From assembly GCA_047495785.1 (NCBI GenBank), contig JBLDXI010000025.1:372001-436000 (forward strand): a stretch of DNA of 64,000 bases, given 5' to 3'. Position numbers and translations under genes: made by a program. The notes beneath the pieces were generated by a model. The model ran no database searches and was not told the origin of the DNA. It saw nothing but the letters and a program-made list of their open reading frames with translations. The stretch's first letter is position 1. Each line of letters opens with the position of its first letter. Positions 45,606 to 58,661 of the stretch are shown here, piece after piece. The stretch comes from Lepidodermella squamata (taxonomy: Eukaryota > Animalia > Gastrotricha).

Positions 45606-48260
45606 ATGCATTGTGTCATCGCCTTGTTCCTGCTTTTCGCGGCCTGTTGCTTCGCATGCCAACCGTCGGTTCTGGATGCAGGTAAAGCAACCCCCAGCTG
45701 CCCAACAGGATTCACGTGCCAGGCTTATTCGACTACGACTACAACGACGATTGCTCCGCGCAATTGCAACCTGTCCAACAACGTCTGCAATCCGCTATCC
45801 GTTGAATACTGCCCAAAAGCGTTAGCCGACGGCTACACAGATGGAAATAAAGCTTGCACTCCGCTCGCTTACATTTGCTTCGGCTCGAACTTCTGCCTGG
45901 CAAAAACAACGGACTACTGCCAAACTGCTGGCGTTTCTGATGTCCAGAAATTCTGTCAAGTGAAAACCATCGACTATTGCCAAACTGTTGGCTCATCTGA
46001 TGCCCAAAAGTTCTGCCAGGTAAAAACCACGGATTATTGCCAGACAAGTGGCGCGGCTGATGCCCAAAAGTTCTGTCAAGTGAAAACTATCGACTACTGC
46101 CAAACGAGTGGCACTTCTGATGTTCAAAAGTTCTGCCAAGTGAAAACGACAGACTACTGCCAGACAAGTGGCGCCGCGGATGTTAACAAGTTCTGCCAGG
46201 TTAAGGCTAGCGATTACTGCCAAACAAGTGGCAGCGCTGATGCCCAGAAATTTTGTCAAGTGAAAACGATCGACTATTGTCAAACTGGCGGTTTTTCTGA
46301 TGCCCAGAAATTCTGCCAGGTGAAAACCACTGATTATTGCCAGTCGAGTGGCGCCGTGGATGTTAACAAGTTTTGCCAGGTGAAAAACACAGACTACTGC
46401 CAAACGAGTGGCTCTGCTGATTCCCAGAAGTTCTGCCAAGTAAAAACTACCGACTACTGCCAGACTGCCGGTTTTTCTGACTCGCAAAAGTTCTGTCAAG
46501 TGAAAAGCATCGACTACTGTCAGACCAGTGGCGTGGCAGATTCGAACAAGTTCTGCCAGTTGAAAACTGCCGATTACTGCCAAACAGCTGGCATGGCCTG
46601 CATGTCCCTAACTACTGACTATTGCCAGTCGAGTGGTTCAGCGGATACGGGAAAGTTCTGTGTCTTGAAAAATGCCGATTACTGTCAAACTGGAGGCGCA
46701 GCTGATGCGCAAAAGTTCTGCCAGATTAAAACAGTCGATTACTGCCAAACGGCTGGCAGTGTTGACGCTCAAAAGTTTTGTCAAGTCAAAACGATCGACT
46801 ATTGCCAGAATGGAGGCACCGCTGATACTAACAAATTTTGCCAGGATAAAACTGCTGACTATTGCCAAAGTGGTGGCTCTGCTGATGGCCAAAAGTTCTG
46901 CCAGGCCAAAACAGCCGAGTACTGCCCAACCTCCGGTGCTGCGGATGCTACCAAATTCTGTCAAAAGAAAACTGCGGATTATTGCCAAACTGGTGGCTTC
47001 GCAGATGCGACCAAAATATGTCAACCGTTACCTGTCAGAACGGTTAGTCATCGTAAAATGAGCTATCCATCTACCGTTAATGCCGAAATACTAACCCGGG
47101 CTCATGCATTTTTGAACCTCCGAAAATTGGCCAAAAATAGGCTTCTATTTGAGATAGGACTATACATCGATCAACATCCATTTTCACCCGAAAATCACCG
47201 AAACCATCTAAATTATAGTCATCTTCGAGACACTCGACTGTCGACTGACGTCGATTTTCATTGCTCTTAAGTAGCGAAACTGTAAAGGCTGACTATAAGT
47301 TATTTGGCTGATAAAGGTAGGAAAATTTCCTTCAGGAACACTTGGGAATTTCAAAAAAATAATTCTATATTCTGAATCAGTGTAAAAAGTTAGGGCGAGG
47401 AGTATATTTTGGCACTGTTATCTTCGAAAACGTGGAAGAAATGGGGGAAAGAAAAAGCACATTCACAAAGTTTGCGCGCGCCGACTCGATTTATGATTTT
47501 AAATGCCCCATTTCTTGCCCGTTTTGGAAGATAACAGTGCGCAAATTTATTCCCCACCCTAACTATTTACGCTGATTCAGAATATCGGATTATTTTCACG
47601 AAATTCCTAAGCGTTCAGGAGTTTTATATTCCGGCACATCAAGACCTAGGCCTTTATTTGAAATAGGACTATGCATGTAACATCTCAGGTAGGCCTCTGA
47701 ACGAGGCGGGCTCTTAAACGAGTGGGGGTTGGTATTTAGATATTTACGGTATTTTTAATCTTTACTGTTTTCAGCACCAAACGGGAACCTTCGCGCAGAA
47801 TCCGTTCACGTTCTCTGCTGACGTTGGATTTTGCTCCACCACTGGAAGTGTGAGTGAGTATACCGACCTGCTAACATCGGTAAGCTGGCTGCTAACGGAA
47901 AATTGCTTAAATTCTAGCCTGTTTTAGTCAGGACCAGGACCAGCCGACCAATTCAACAGCTTCGACGCGTGCTGTAAGAGCTTGGTTACTAATCCATCCG
48001 TCCCAACGATCAAGTACTACACGTTTATCAGAAACAACAGGGGCTTGATGATATGTTCTTACGGCGGCGTCTACCGCATTACAGATGGTGACGTCACCGC
48101 ATGTTACGGAGCGCCTCTTTACGGTGGAGGTCTCACAATTGTTGCCACTTTCGACTCGTTCGATGAATGTTGCACTGCTATTGGTGCTACGTTATCTATT
48201 AAGCAGGACATCCTCAGCTCTGTCGGCGGCAATGTAATTAAGGTTTACATATGCTCTTGA
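45606..48260 (+). CDS. Secreted Cys-rich tandem-repeat protein, paralog P4 (~624 aa)
   Basis: Exons 45606-47042, 47775-47879 and 47928-48260. 19 units including one 15-aa unit. Intron 1 is enlarged by a transposon. Confidence 0.87.
47074..47749. mobile_element. TA-flanked degenerate TIR element in P4 intron 1, with an internal inverted repeat (~47336-47616)
   Basis: ta|ccgttaatgccgaaatactaaccc ... ggggttggtatttagatatttacgg|ta. Removal leaves a ~54-nt intron, similar in size to the paralogs. Confidence 0.7.
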
Positions 48261-50006
48261 CGCAATAATCGATTTAACGAAAGCGAAATCCATTCCGAAC
48301 GGCGCCACAAGTTTTTCGTGACTTGTAAAATTATCAGTAAAATATTACATAGTGGACGAAAGAGATGCGTTTTTTTCATTTTAGATACGGTAACATGTGG
48401 CCAGTTGTTTATAGCCCAGTTCTCGGCTATAATGAAGATTCAGCAATTGTTTTAGCGAAGGTGTTACATTTAAATCACGGTAGTACGGTAAAATATTGGC
48501 CGGGAAATGAAGAAATCTGCTCATGGCTCGCGGCCTTGTTGACCGTGGTGTATTCGTTCATTCGTAACTCAGGTTTTCCTGCCAAAATCGAACGACGAAC
48601 GAACCCAAGGGTTCAGATGATCGGAAACGATATTATAGACCTCGAAAATCGATAAGTAAAGCTGCGCATTCTTGGATCTTTCGCGCAAAAAGGGGAATCG
48701 CCCCAACAAAATAGCAACCATTACGAGATCTCCACTTATGGCTGCGTCATAAAGAACGTAGTGATCAGAGTGCGCACTCGCGCTTTTTTCTTGAAACAAC
48801 AACTCTTTCCTTGTGTGCGCGCATCTTTTTTGAAAACATGCATGTTTTACATAGAAATTTCATGTTTCTCAACATTTTTCCGCGGTAATCGGTGGTCAAG
48901 TATTTTCTGTCAAGTGAAACCTTCCGAATGATTCAAACCTGCTCTTTCACGTGGTAATGGCCTCTTGTTGCCGAAAATTACCTATCATGGCGATATTCCA
49001 GTGGATATCGAATCGTCCCCTATGAGGTCGCCCTCACTCACTTAGCTACTAGCAGTTACTAGTAAATTTCCATGTCCCGGTTTGGATACTGTTAGATTCT
49101 TCATGAAACAAGCTTTCCGCAGATATATAAAACTCCTAATTTTACGGTTTCAGACCTATAACTCGCTCCCATTATCGGCGAAAAACGGGGCAATCTAATG
49201 TGGCAACGGAATCTTAGGGAACTCTTCTGTTTTGAGCTTTTAGCCAGATTCCTCACCTTCAAATACCCTAAATGAGCTACAACTGAGTGCACGAGGTTAA
49301 AATTTCCAAAATATTCCGCAGAGCGGGAATTCGCCTGCCGTCAATTTAATGAGGAGTTTCAAGAAATTAAGGAGTTCCATTGGAAAAAGAATGCTTGAAA
49401 TTCTTCGACTTCTTTAAACTCCTCGTTAAATTGATGCACAGCGAATTCCCGCTTTGCGGAATTTTTCGGCTACCCTGCAAAGAATCTCTTAGGCTCTTAG
49501 GCCGCTGCGACCTAATAAATTGAAATTGAAAAGAAACTTGAACACTATAAGTGCAGTAGCTTTTTGCTTGCAGCTCAAAAAAATTTGCATTGTTGAGATG
49601 TTTTCCACTTCAAAAATGGCCATAAATCAAGGTAAAATCGGCCGGACTTGCGGAAAGCGGCATTCGCTAGCGCAAGATCTCATCTACAATGCTGGATTTG
49701 CCGAATATTTCCTAAAAATTCACAAAATAGGAAAAACCCGAATTTAGGACGGGTTTCTCCATTTGTGGTTATTTCTCATTTTTTATTCTAAATTAATATT
49801 TTACTCTTTATCTTCTTGTGAAAACTGGTGATACATTATTTTGCGATGTGGATGCCAAATGTCAATAGGAAGACAGATTTCGAACATCTTGTGCCCAGTT
49901 TCAATCGTGTTTACTCACAAGCCGACACCATATGGCACCTAATTTCATGCTCCAAGCACAACTTTTGATTTGTCTCATTCTTATTCATTTCGGCCCTGCT
50001 TTAACC

Positions 50007-51156
50007 ATGCAAGTGCTGTTCGCTGTCACCCTTCTCAGCGCCTTTCTGGCGCCTTGTGACTTGCGTAAAACAACGACAGCTCGAAGTTACACTGATAAAA
50101 ATGCTGGCAAATCGACAGTGACGGCGATGCGAAGAGTTGGCGAGTCGGCGAGTCGGAGCGTCTACAGCCAGTGGATGTCGTACAAGAGCCGCCAGGCGAC
50201 TTGCAAGCTGCAATACGAAGCCGGCGAGTGCAAGGCCGAGCTGAAACGGTTCTACTTCAACGTCAACACGGCCGATTGTCACGAATTCACCTACGGGGTG
50301 AGTCATCGAAATTTCAAAAAACAATGTCAATTTTCCAAATAATTTCAATTCAAAATACAAAATACAAAAATTAAAATTTCGGAAACTCTAATTTCAAATA
50401 ATTTCAAAATTTAAATTTGAATTTCCAAAAATTAATTAATTGTTGTAATTAGGGTTGCTATGGAAACCGAAATAATTTCAAAACAAAAGCGGCCTGTATG
50501 CGATTCTGCGGCAAGCCAGAATCACTGAGCCGTAGCAGTTTCAACGCTGAGACAACGACTCGTAAAGTTACTAAGAAAACATCGACTACCACCACGACGA
50601 AGCCGGGTAATCAGGAAATTTTCGCACCAGACGATTCGTCGGCTGCGAGTCGGTCAGGCATGACTGGAACGAGGCCAGTGTGCCATTTGAAGCCGGACAT
50701 AGGAGAGTGCCGCGCCTCGATTCGCCGCTGGTACTTCGACACAACAGCCGCGAAATGCCTCACCTTCGAATACGGGGTAGATTTTAAATTTTACCTAAAA
50801 AAAAATCTGAAAATAACTTTATTTTACGAAAATTTGACACATTTGAAAATGGAAAAAAAATTCATGAATTTTCAAATTATATTATTTAATTTTTAATTTA
50901 TTTTTAATGTTTGCGCGTATGAGGACATTTGCAATTATTTTATTAGGGCTGTTTCGGCAACGGTAATAATTTTGCGACATTGGAATCGTGTGAGCATCGA
51001 TGCAAATCGGAAGTTCTGCAGCCCATTGGCCAGGCCTCGAATGTAATCGACGCCGAAACGGACGAATTAGGTCCCGAGCACCTGGCTATCAGCGGGCAAT
51101 TGGTCACCGAAATCTTCAACGGATGGGCCAACCTTACGACGCCAAAGCCCTTTTAA
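50007..51156 (+). CDS. Secreted two-domain Kunitz protein K2 (~274 aa)
   Basis: Exons 50007-50297, 50453-50776 and 50947-51156. CKLQYEAGECKAELKRFYF..YG|GCYGNRNNF and CHLKPDIGECRASIRRWYF..YG|GCFGNGNNF. Confidence 0.92.
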
Positions 51157-51366
51157 GCTCTAGGGTTAATCAAACTGTTATTGTTTTTGTTGTTTCTCTT
51201 AAATCTTCTCGCGAATTAATCAATAAAACTGCCGTGAGATTTTAAAAATTTCAAGGTCACCCAGTTATGGACACCTTATGGTGCATCTTGTAAGAAGAAA
51301 ACCTGAGCTGCGAAATAAGAGCTCTCATCATTAATTTTTGCTAGAAATTTCACAATCATTTTAGCC

Positions 51367-52169
51367 ATGAAGTTTTGGAGTTTTCTCGTAATTTTTGGAA
51401 TATTGACGAAATTCGATCAAATTTGCAACGCTTCGCCTGACGAGTCGACCTCAACCGCCACTGTCAAAGACCTCGAATCTACAACAGTCGAAACTACCAG
51501 CCAAGATCCATTGAGCTCGACTACTACGGCGAGTTATCGAAAGCTGTCTCATAAAATTTCGCCGAAATCGAACAATCGCAAGCCGTCGCCGAAAATCGAC
51601 AGTTCAGTGTGCCAACTTGTTGTCGATCGAGGCGACTGCAAGGCTGCGATTCACCGCTTCTTTTTCAACACGGAGAGCGGCAGATGCGAAAAATTCATCT
51701 ACGGCGTATGTTTGATAACTGTTTCAAGTTTGGAATTAAAATTTCTCAAAATTTTAAATATTTAAAGATACTGAATTTTCAGGATTTTTGCAAATTTTTC
51801 AAATTTTCTAAAATCAAATTTTTAAATAAAAAGTTTCCAAAATTGAGCTTTTTAATTTTTCTAGATTTTTTATTTCGATTATTTATTTCAAATTTTTAAC
51901 TGAAATAGGGCTGTGATGGCAATGCGAACAATTTCAAGTCTTACAAATCGTGCGCCAACGTTTGCGGCGGTCCAGCCTCGGATCCTGTGCACCATGACGC
52001 CAGCGAGGTGTTCGAACCTACGGAATCTGGTGAGACCTACGTTGAATCGGGCAGCAATTCCGCCATTGACGAACTCGCCCTGGATACGCTAGGCCAAACC
52101 TCATCTTCGCAAACGCCCGAGTCGCATCTCAAAAGCGAAAAATGCGACGGTGAGAAATGCCCGAATTAA
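51367..52169 (+). CDS. Secreted single-domain Kunitz protein K3 (~199 aa)
   Basis: Exons 51367-51705 and 51909-52169. Signal peptide, Ser/Thr-rich stalk, CQLVVDRGDCKAAIHRFFF..YG|GCDGNANNF..CANVC. Confidence 0.92.
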
Positions 52170-52339
52170 GCTGGAAAAATCACTCAACCGTGACAATCGA
52201 GAAATAATTCAGTTTTGTTATCAACAATTTCAGTCATTTCAAATTTTGTTGCGTAACCAATTTTCCCTTTTGCCGTAATAAAACTGCTCGGATTTTGTAT
52301 TCAGTTTTAGAATTTTGTTGTTTGAAAAATTTCGGAAAA

Positions 52340-53534
52340 ATGAGTGGGAAAAATTGGCTCATGGTTGGAGTTTTTATCGAATTCGCTTCGATTTTCGTGT
52401 CACTCTGCGCTGTTTCATCCTCGGCCTCGAATTATTCATCGCTTCGGGGGCAAAAACTGGAGTCGAATACGGCGGCTGATACTTTGCCGATGATATCAGC
52501 CTCGCCTCTTCCAGTCCTGCTGGCCAGGCTCGATGACTTCAATCGGAATTTCCAAGCTGAAACAACGACTGAGGCTGCTGACGTTGACAATTCAACAAAG
52601 CCGGAAATCGGGCAGGAGCGAAATGCCAGCACTGCTGCCAAGCACGAGTTCACCCGTCCGGCGGCGTGTAATCAGAAGCCTTATACTGGGCCGTGCCGAG
52701 CGTATATGCCTCGATTTTACTTCGACCCGAAGGCTGGAATTTGCCGAAGATTCGCCTACGGGGTAAGTCTTTGGGTCAAAAATCTCTCATTTCCCTTTCC
52801 TGGTCTAATGAGCCAATAAAAGGGTTTGGAAGTGTGGACCAACTAAAGGTTCGAGCTCTTAATTTAATAAACGTCCTCAGATGTGCGATTCGATTTCGGT
52901 TTTTCCAACCGATTTGTCCCATATAGGCTAATGCTTCATCCATAACCATGGGCTCTGTTATTTCAACTAATTACACCTGATACCACCAGCAAGGTAAAAA
53001 ATGCTCAATGTTGACATGCAAAACTGATATCGGAAAAATCGATGATTTTGAAATCGATATTTAAAATCGATATCGGCTCTCTATAACTCGTAAAATGATC
53101 GCCAGTCGAGCAAAATACTCGTGAAAGCGCGGTCCATCGATGAGGCATAATGAAAAAATGGAGTTTTCTAGAAACTCGGGAAAACCATGTTTTGGGAATA
53201 TCTGTGACCGGAGCCTCAAATTTAGAGCTTCAGCCCTCAATTCATGATTTCCAGTCGGCACACCCGCTTAACTGAGCAAATTACACCACCTCAATTGTAA
53301 AGAAAATTTATCGTCGTATTTTCCCGTATTTTGAGTTTTCGACTAGTCCCAATGTGATTGGAGCAGTAATTCTTGATTTCCACTTTTTTCCAGGGCTGCG
53401 ACAACAACGAGAACAATTTCACCGACGACAAGCAGTGCCAGCTGACGTGCCTCGGATCGTACGACCCGGCGAGGCTAGAACCCGAGGGCGCTGATATCTA
53501 CAACCTGCCAACTTTCTGGGACAACAAGGAATAA
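52340..53534 (+). CDS. Secreted single-domain Kunitz protein K4 (~187 aa)
   Basis: Exons 52340-52762 and 53394-53534. CNQKPYTGPCRAYMPRFYF..YG|GCDNNENNF..CQLTC. Confidence 0.9.
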
Positions 53535-54861
53535 CGACGATATGCCTATTATATTTGTTGGCACGGTGCAAATTTATTACCCAGTAAATAAACACAGAGG
53601 CATTTTTCAATATTTTTTGAAATTTTATTGTTGAAGCGTTCATCATCATTCATCATCACAACTTTGCGATATAGCTGCAGGCGGGCCAAAAAACGCCGCT
53701 GCTTAACTGAATCGCCAGTCATATATAGTTTTCATGTATTTATAGTAGGTATTTCTTTTTATATATCGGTATTAATTTTTCTATTATAATTTTTATCATC
53801 AGTCGGATTTTTCAGAGTGATAAAAGCCAGAAAAAGAGGACGTATACATATACATAGATAGCAACTTTTCAAACAACATACAATTGCAGCAAATATTCCG
53901 CGAATTTATTCAACCACAAATTTACAACAATATATATATATATAAGTCTCAGAGCTCAAACAGGAAAAACAATTATTATGCAATAATATTTCTGTAATAT
54001 CAGAATTTTCGCCCGAAATTATGCGCGTCCTTTTTCAAATATTATTATGTGTATACAGGTTGAAGCAGCCGAGTTCAGCAGCATTTTCTTTCTTCTTCTT
54101 TCTTCTTCTTTCTTCTTCTTCAAATATATAGCTACGTCTGTTAGCCCCAGAGCAGCCGATGATGCAGTGAAAGCCATTTTTTTAGCCATTTTCATCGCTC
54201 GGAAAATGATGGGAAATATTCCTCGTGGTCAATTGAATGGCAGTTAGTTGTCTCGGTGTAGTAGTAGTAGTCGCAATAACCTTGAGGAGCCGTCACAGAG
54301 GCGGCAATTTTCGCACGGCAGTGGTCACAAATCACACGATGAGAAATCGGAAAAATTCGAGAATATTTTGTTTGTTTAGAAATTCCCTGACCTCACACGC
54401 AGAAAAACAGCCTCGCCGAAAAAACACGAACAACACACAACAATCACGCCCTATTATTATTATTATTTTTAGAAACAACAAGAATTGAACACACCTCCTC
54501 ATGTCCCATATAGAAAAAGTCATCAATTAAAGCCGAAAATTGTTGAAAAAAAACATGAAATTTTCACGAAAATCAATTAGGAAAATTTCAGACGAAACTA
54601 AATCGTATTGAAAGTTGGATTTTTTTCAAAAAATTAATTAATCAAAAGTATTTGATTAATTAATTAGTTAGAAATGGAAAAAGGTACCATAAATTCCCAC
54701 TAATATTATAGGAACTAAATAAGAGGCTAATTTAATAGAGTAGACTTGGTTAATTAGTATAATATGGAAATTAGTTAATCAAATTTTTTGACAAAGAGCC
54801 GTCGACTAATTAGAGAGTGAGAGGCTATTATCTATTCATTTACTGATGAGAGGCTGGCTGG

Positions 54862-56890
54862 CTACTCCTCGCCCTTGCCGCCGCAGCAGCACAAGCCGCC
54901 GGTGCGCTTGCGGCGCGGCGGTTTCGCCTTCGAGTCGATCAGGCTCTTGTCCTTACTGTCATCGAGGTTGTGGCCGTTATTAGCCGGCTTGGACGCGGGG
55001 TCGGCGCCCTCGTCCGGGTACGGCGACGTCGGCACCGGTGGCGGCTCATCTTTAAGGTGAAAGTACAACGACACCGTTTCAGTTTTAGTGTTCGCCGATA
55101 TCGTGCGCAGAGGCGTCGACTTCAACTCACCCTTCGCCGACTCGGACTTGGCCTGTTTAGCCTCCTCGATTTTAGGCGACTTCGCCGGCTCTTCTTTCAA
55201 CGCTGGCTCTGGGCTGGCTGGGGCGGCTGGGCTGCTCGAGCTGCTTTCGACGATCTGCGACGTTGTCTTGACGGTCGAAGTTGTGACGACGCGGCGCGTT
55301 GTCTCGACCACGGCGCTGCCGTCCTCGTCGCGCGTCGTCGTGGTTGTCACCGTTTCTGTTTTATTCACCTAAACCAGTCGCAAAAATTATAAAAAAAATC
55401 CGGAAAACTCAAAAAATTCAGAAAAAATTCTAGGTGATATTTTGAATGTGTAAAAATGCAGTAAACTAGGCGCGACACTTACGCAAGCGTCGCTTCTGCA
55501 AATTGACTAATGCGAAATGTGAAAAACCGCGAAGAAAATTCGTAAAAAAATGCCAGCAGTCAGATAAAAGTACAGCAAATACGTTTCCCAGAAATCATCA
55601 AAAAAGTGGACAAAATTTAGCAATACAGGTTAGGGAAAAGAAAGAGAAATTTCCAATTTTCAAGCTCTTTTAGGCATTTTCAACACTTATCAGTGCAAAA
55701 TTTAATCCAAAATTTTAGACGCATAAAAGAACTGAAAATGTCAATTATTATTTTGAGGAAAAGTTTCCTATTTTTCGGCGTCAATTTATAGAGGACTTCA
55801 AAAAAGCATTCAAGATTTCACGAAATCGCTGGTTTTTTCAATTCGCTCAATCAAAATTAGTCGTGATTTTGTTTATCACTCAGCGAAATTTTGACACATT
55901 TTAGTATTTTCCGTGAATTATCATAATTAATTCAGTTAAGAAAATTAGAAATAAGAAAAATTAATGCCAAGAGGCGAGACGTTGTGAAATTTCGAGCTAA
56001 ATTTTAGAGGTGAACATAATTAGGAAAAATCAATTAAATCAAATTACAGCCGTGAATTTCCATAAAAATATCAATCTTCAACAATAAAATTTCCTTCTTA
56101 TTTCTAGTAAAATTTCGCAAAATTATTATACCTGTTTTTGTTGTTGCTGCTGCTTTTCTTCATCTGAACTAGACGAAGATGACGAAGACGATGCGGCCGC
56201 TTTCACCTCAGCAGCCGGTTGCTGGTCGACGGCCTGAGGCTTCTCCTCCTCGACTTTCGCCTCGACGTGCTGCTCGACCACCTCGCCGTCCCGTATCACG
56301 ACAGTCTCAGACAGCGTCTTCGCCGGCTCGTCGTTCACCACACTCGTCACGACAGTTGTCGACACTACGGTGGTCGTAATTTCCGGCTCGGATTTCGCCT
56401 GCTCGGCAACTGGTACCGCGACGGGTTCCGGCGCTTGAACCGGCGGTTCCGGTGTTTTCTGCCGCGGCGGTTCCGGCGTTTTCGACGACTTGGTGGAAGG
56501 CGGCCGTCTCCGGTCGGCGACTTTCTGCTCCGCCACCGGTTCCACCACTGGTACCGGCGCCGGTTCCGGTTCTGGAACCTTCACCGGTTCCGCCTCCACC
56601 GGTTTCGCTTCTTCAACCTTGACTTCTTCCGGGGCCTTCTTCTCGTCGACTTTTTTGCCCTTTTCGGACGCTGACGACGAGGACGAGGAAGATGAGGACG
56701 AGGTTGAGCGTTGCTTTTTCACCGGTTCCGGCGCGATTTCCTGGTGGTTGTCGCCTGTCTGCTGCTCCGACTGCGACTGCTGCTTGTCGGAGTGGGTGGA
56801 CGAGGCGGAGGCGGACGAGGCCTGCTTCTTCTCCGCCTCTTCGCCCGCCGCTTTCTTCGCCTTGTTGCGCGCGCGGTTCTTCTTCGGCAT
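54862..56890 (-). CDS. Low-complexity (E/P/K/S/V/T-rich) disordered protein with C-terminal basic-CCC motif (~421 aa), unknown function
   Basis: Exons 56890-56132 and 55368-54862, joined in frame by a GT-AG intron. GC-rich coding islands in an AT-rich background. Ends PRRKRTGGLCCCGGKGEE. Probable non-coding first exon near 59420-59600. Confidence 0.75.
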
Positions 56891-57934
56891 TTAGCGAGAA
56901 TTAACACAAAAAATTAATCAATAACAATCTAGGGATTTCTGAAAATTATACATAGGTAATTATTTGATAATGAATTAAAAGAGATTCTCAATAATGTTTC
57001 TGATAAGGCGTTATTTCCCATCATTTGCAAAACCATTCTCTAATTTGACAAGTCATGCGGGGAATAATTTAGTTTCTCTAATTAAACACACCGGGATCGT
57101 TTACCGCCTTTGACACCCTATTTAGAAGGAAAAACCTGGTAAAACCCGATTTTAACTAGTTCGCTAATTTCCTGGTTGAACGAAATTTATAATTTATCCG
57201 GATTTTTCATTCCCATTGACAAGTTGCCATACTTGATTCGACCATATTCGAGGCATATTGCTATTTTTCTGGCCATGAGTTAGGACTCCGCCTTAATTAG
57301 AGACTTCATAAAAATCTGGAAAAACTATTATCTATCAATTTTTCAGGTTTATTCGAAAAATTAGGGTTGGAAAAATGAGGACAGTTTTGCAATTGCCACT
57401 ATTTATCCTATCTAATAATTGCTCCGAAAAATACAAATCCTATCTCCAGCCTCAAGGAATGAGAATTTATCTATGACTAAATGTCGTCTAATCAAGGCCG
57501 TGAAATAACATCAGGTTTAAATGCTCAAATTTTCCTGTATTTTCTAGAAACAATGAACGAAAAGTCTGACGCATGTTGTAAATTATCCTACAATTTTTTC
57601 ACTCGAATATAATGGCGAAAAAACCACAGAATATAAAGCTCAACATGGCATATTGTTGATAAGTGAAGCAAAAGCGTGACTAGAAAAATAAATGACCACG
57701 ATATTAGCGAGAAAAAATGTTTATTCTTATTAGTATACCAAATTAATACGAACCCGTATGCTGAAGCAGTATTATAGCAGATAAGATCAGCACCGAGGCA
57801 ATAACTACGATTAGATGCCGAAATTATACACGAAAAAAATCTGATTATATATCGCTGAAATCTAGACACAAAAAAATTGTTGGTCCTATAAAAATGCGAA
57901 TCGTCAATGTATAGTGGACCAGCCAGGCATAGGT

Positions 57935-58661
57935 CAGCGTTTCCCAAACCGTGTCCTATAGGACACTCGTGTACTAAGCCAACTTTCAAGTGTCCTATAG
58001 GACACTGGTGTCCTATGGGCCTCAAAATGACAGCAGGACAAAAATAGGTAGATTCACACTAAGAAACAGGGCATTTTCAGACCATTTTCAGACTCGAAAT
58101 CGGGAAAAAACCGTCAGCTAAAGCTCGCTTCGCTCGCGAGTTGCCTATTTATGAAATATTTTATGAAAACCTCTGATCGCGGACTAGAACCGGTACTTTC
58201 CACGTGGTATGGCTGAATCTCTGAGACGATAAATCTCAGAAAATTGATAGAATCAATTTTTGAAACTGACCAGTATCCCTTGTTATTTAAGCTTTAAGCT
58301 TTAAGCACGTTACAGATTGCACCTCACGACATGATGAATTGAAATTCTATAATTGATGAGTGAATTTCTGGGAAACCCCAAGGCATAACCTCAATTTTAA
58401 GATGTTATACGTTGTTTTCAGTGTCGAATTCTAAAAGTTTTCTCGCTTCGCTCGCGTTTAGTTTGAATTTTAGGTATCTGGGATTTCATCAATTTCCAAC
58501 TCGGTTGCCATCAAAAACCAATTTAAACAAGCAATCAATTTGTAGCTCAAAAATGTTTACCCAGTCCGAACCAAATTTCATTCATGTTAGCAAGGTGTCC
58601 TACGGGCCATTCTCATAGGACACTACTGTGTCCTGCCAGACAAAAAGTTTGGGAACCGCTG
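57935..58661. mobile_element. hAT-type (Buster/Charlie-like) MITE, 727 bp
   Basis: TIRs cagcgtttcccaaac / gtttgggaaccgctg. 8-bp TSD gcaTAggt (57927-57934 and 58662-58669). Subterminal gtgtcctataggacac palindromes. Confidence 0.88.

Noticed and set aside
37200-47030. 60-bp periodic arrays as CRISPR or satellite
   Set aside because: There is no repeat-spacer alternation, variation is at synonymous positions in an open frame, and the context is eukaryotic.
49314-49461. Small imperfect inverted repeats (also ~17545-17630, ~18823-18940, ~40045-40140)
   Set aside because: Likely MITE remnants; boundaries and TSDs are not secure.
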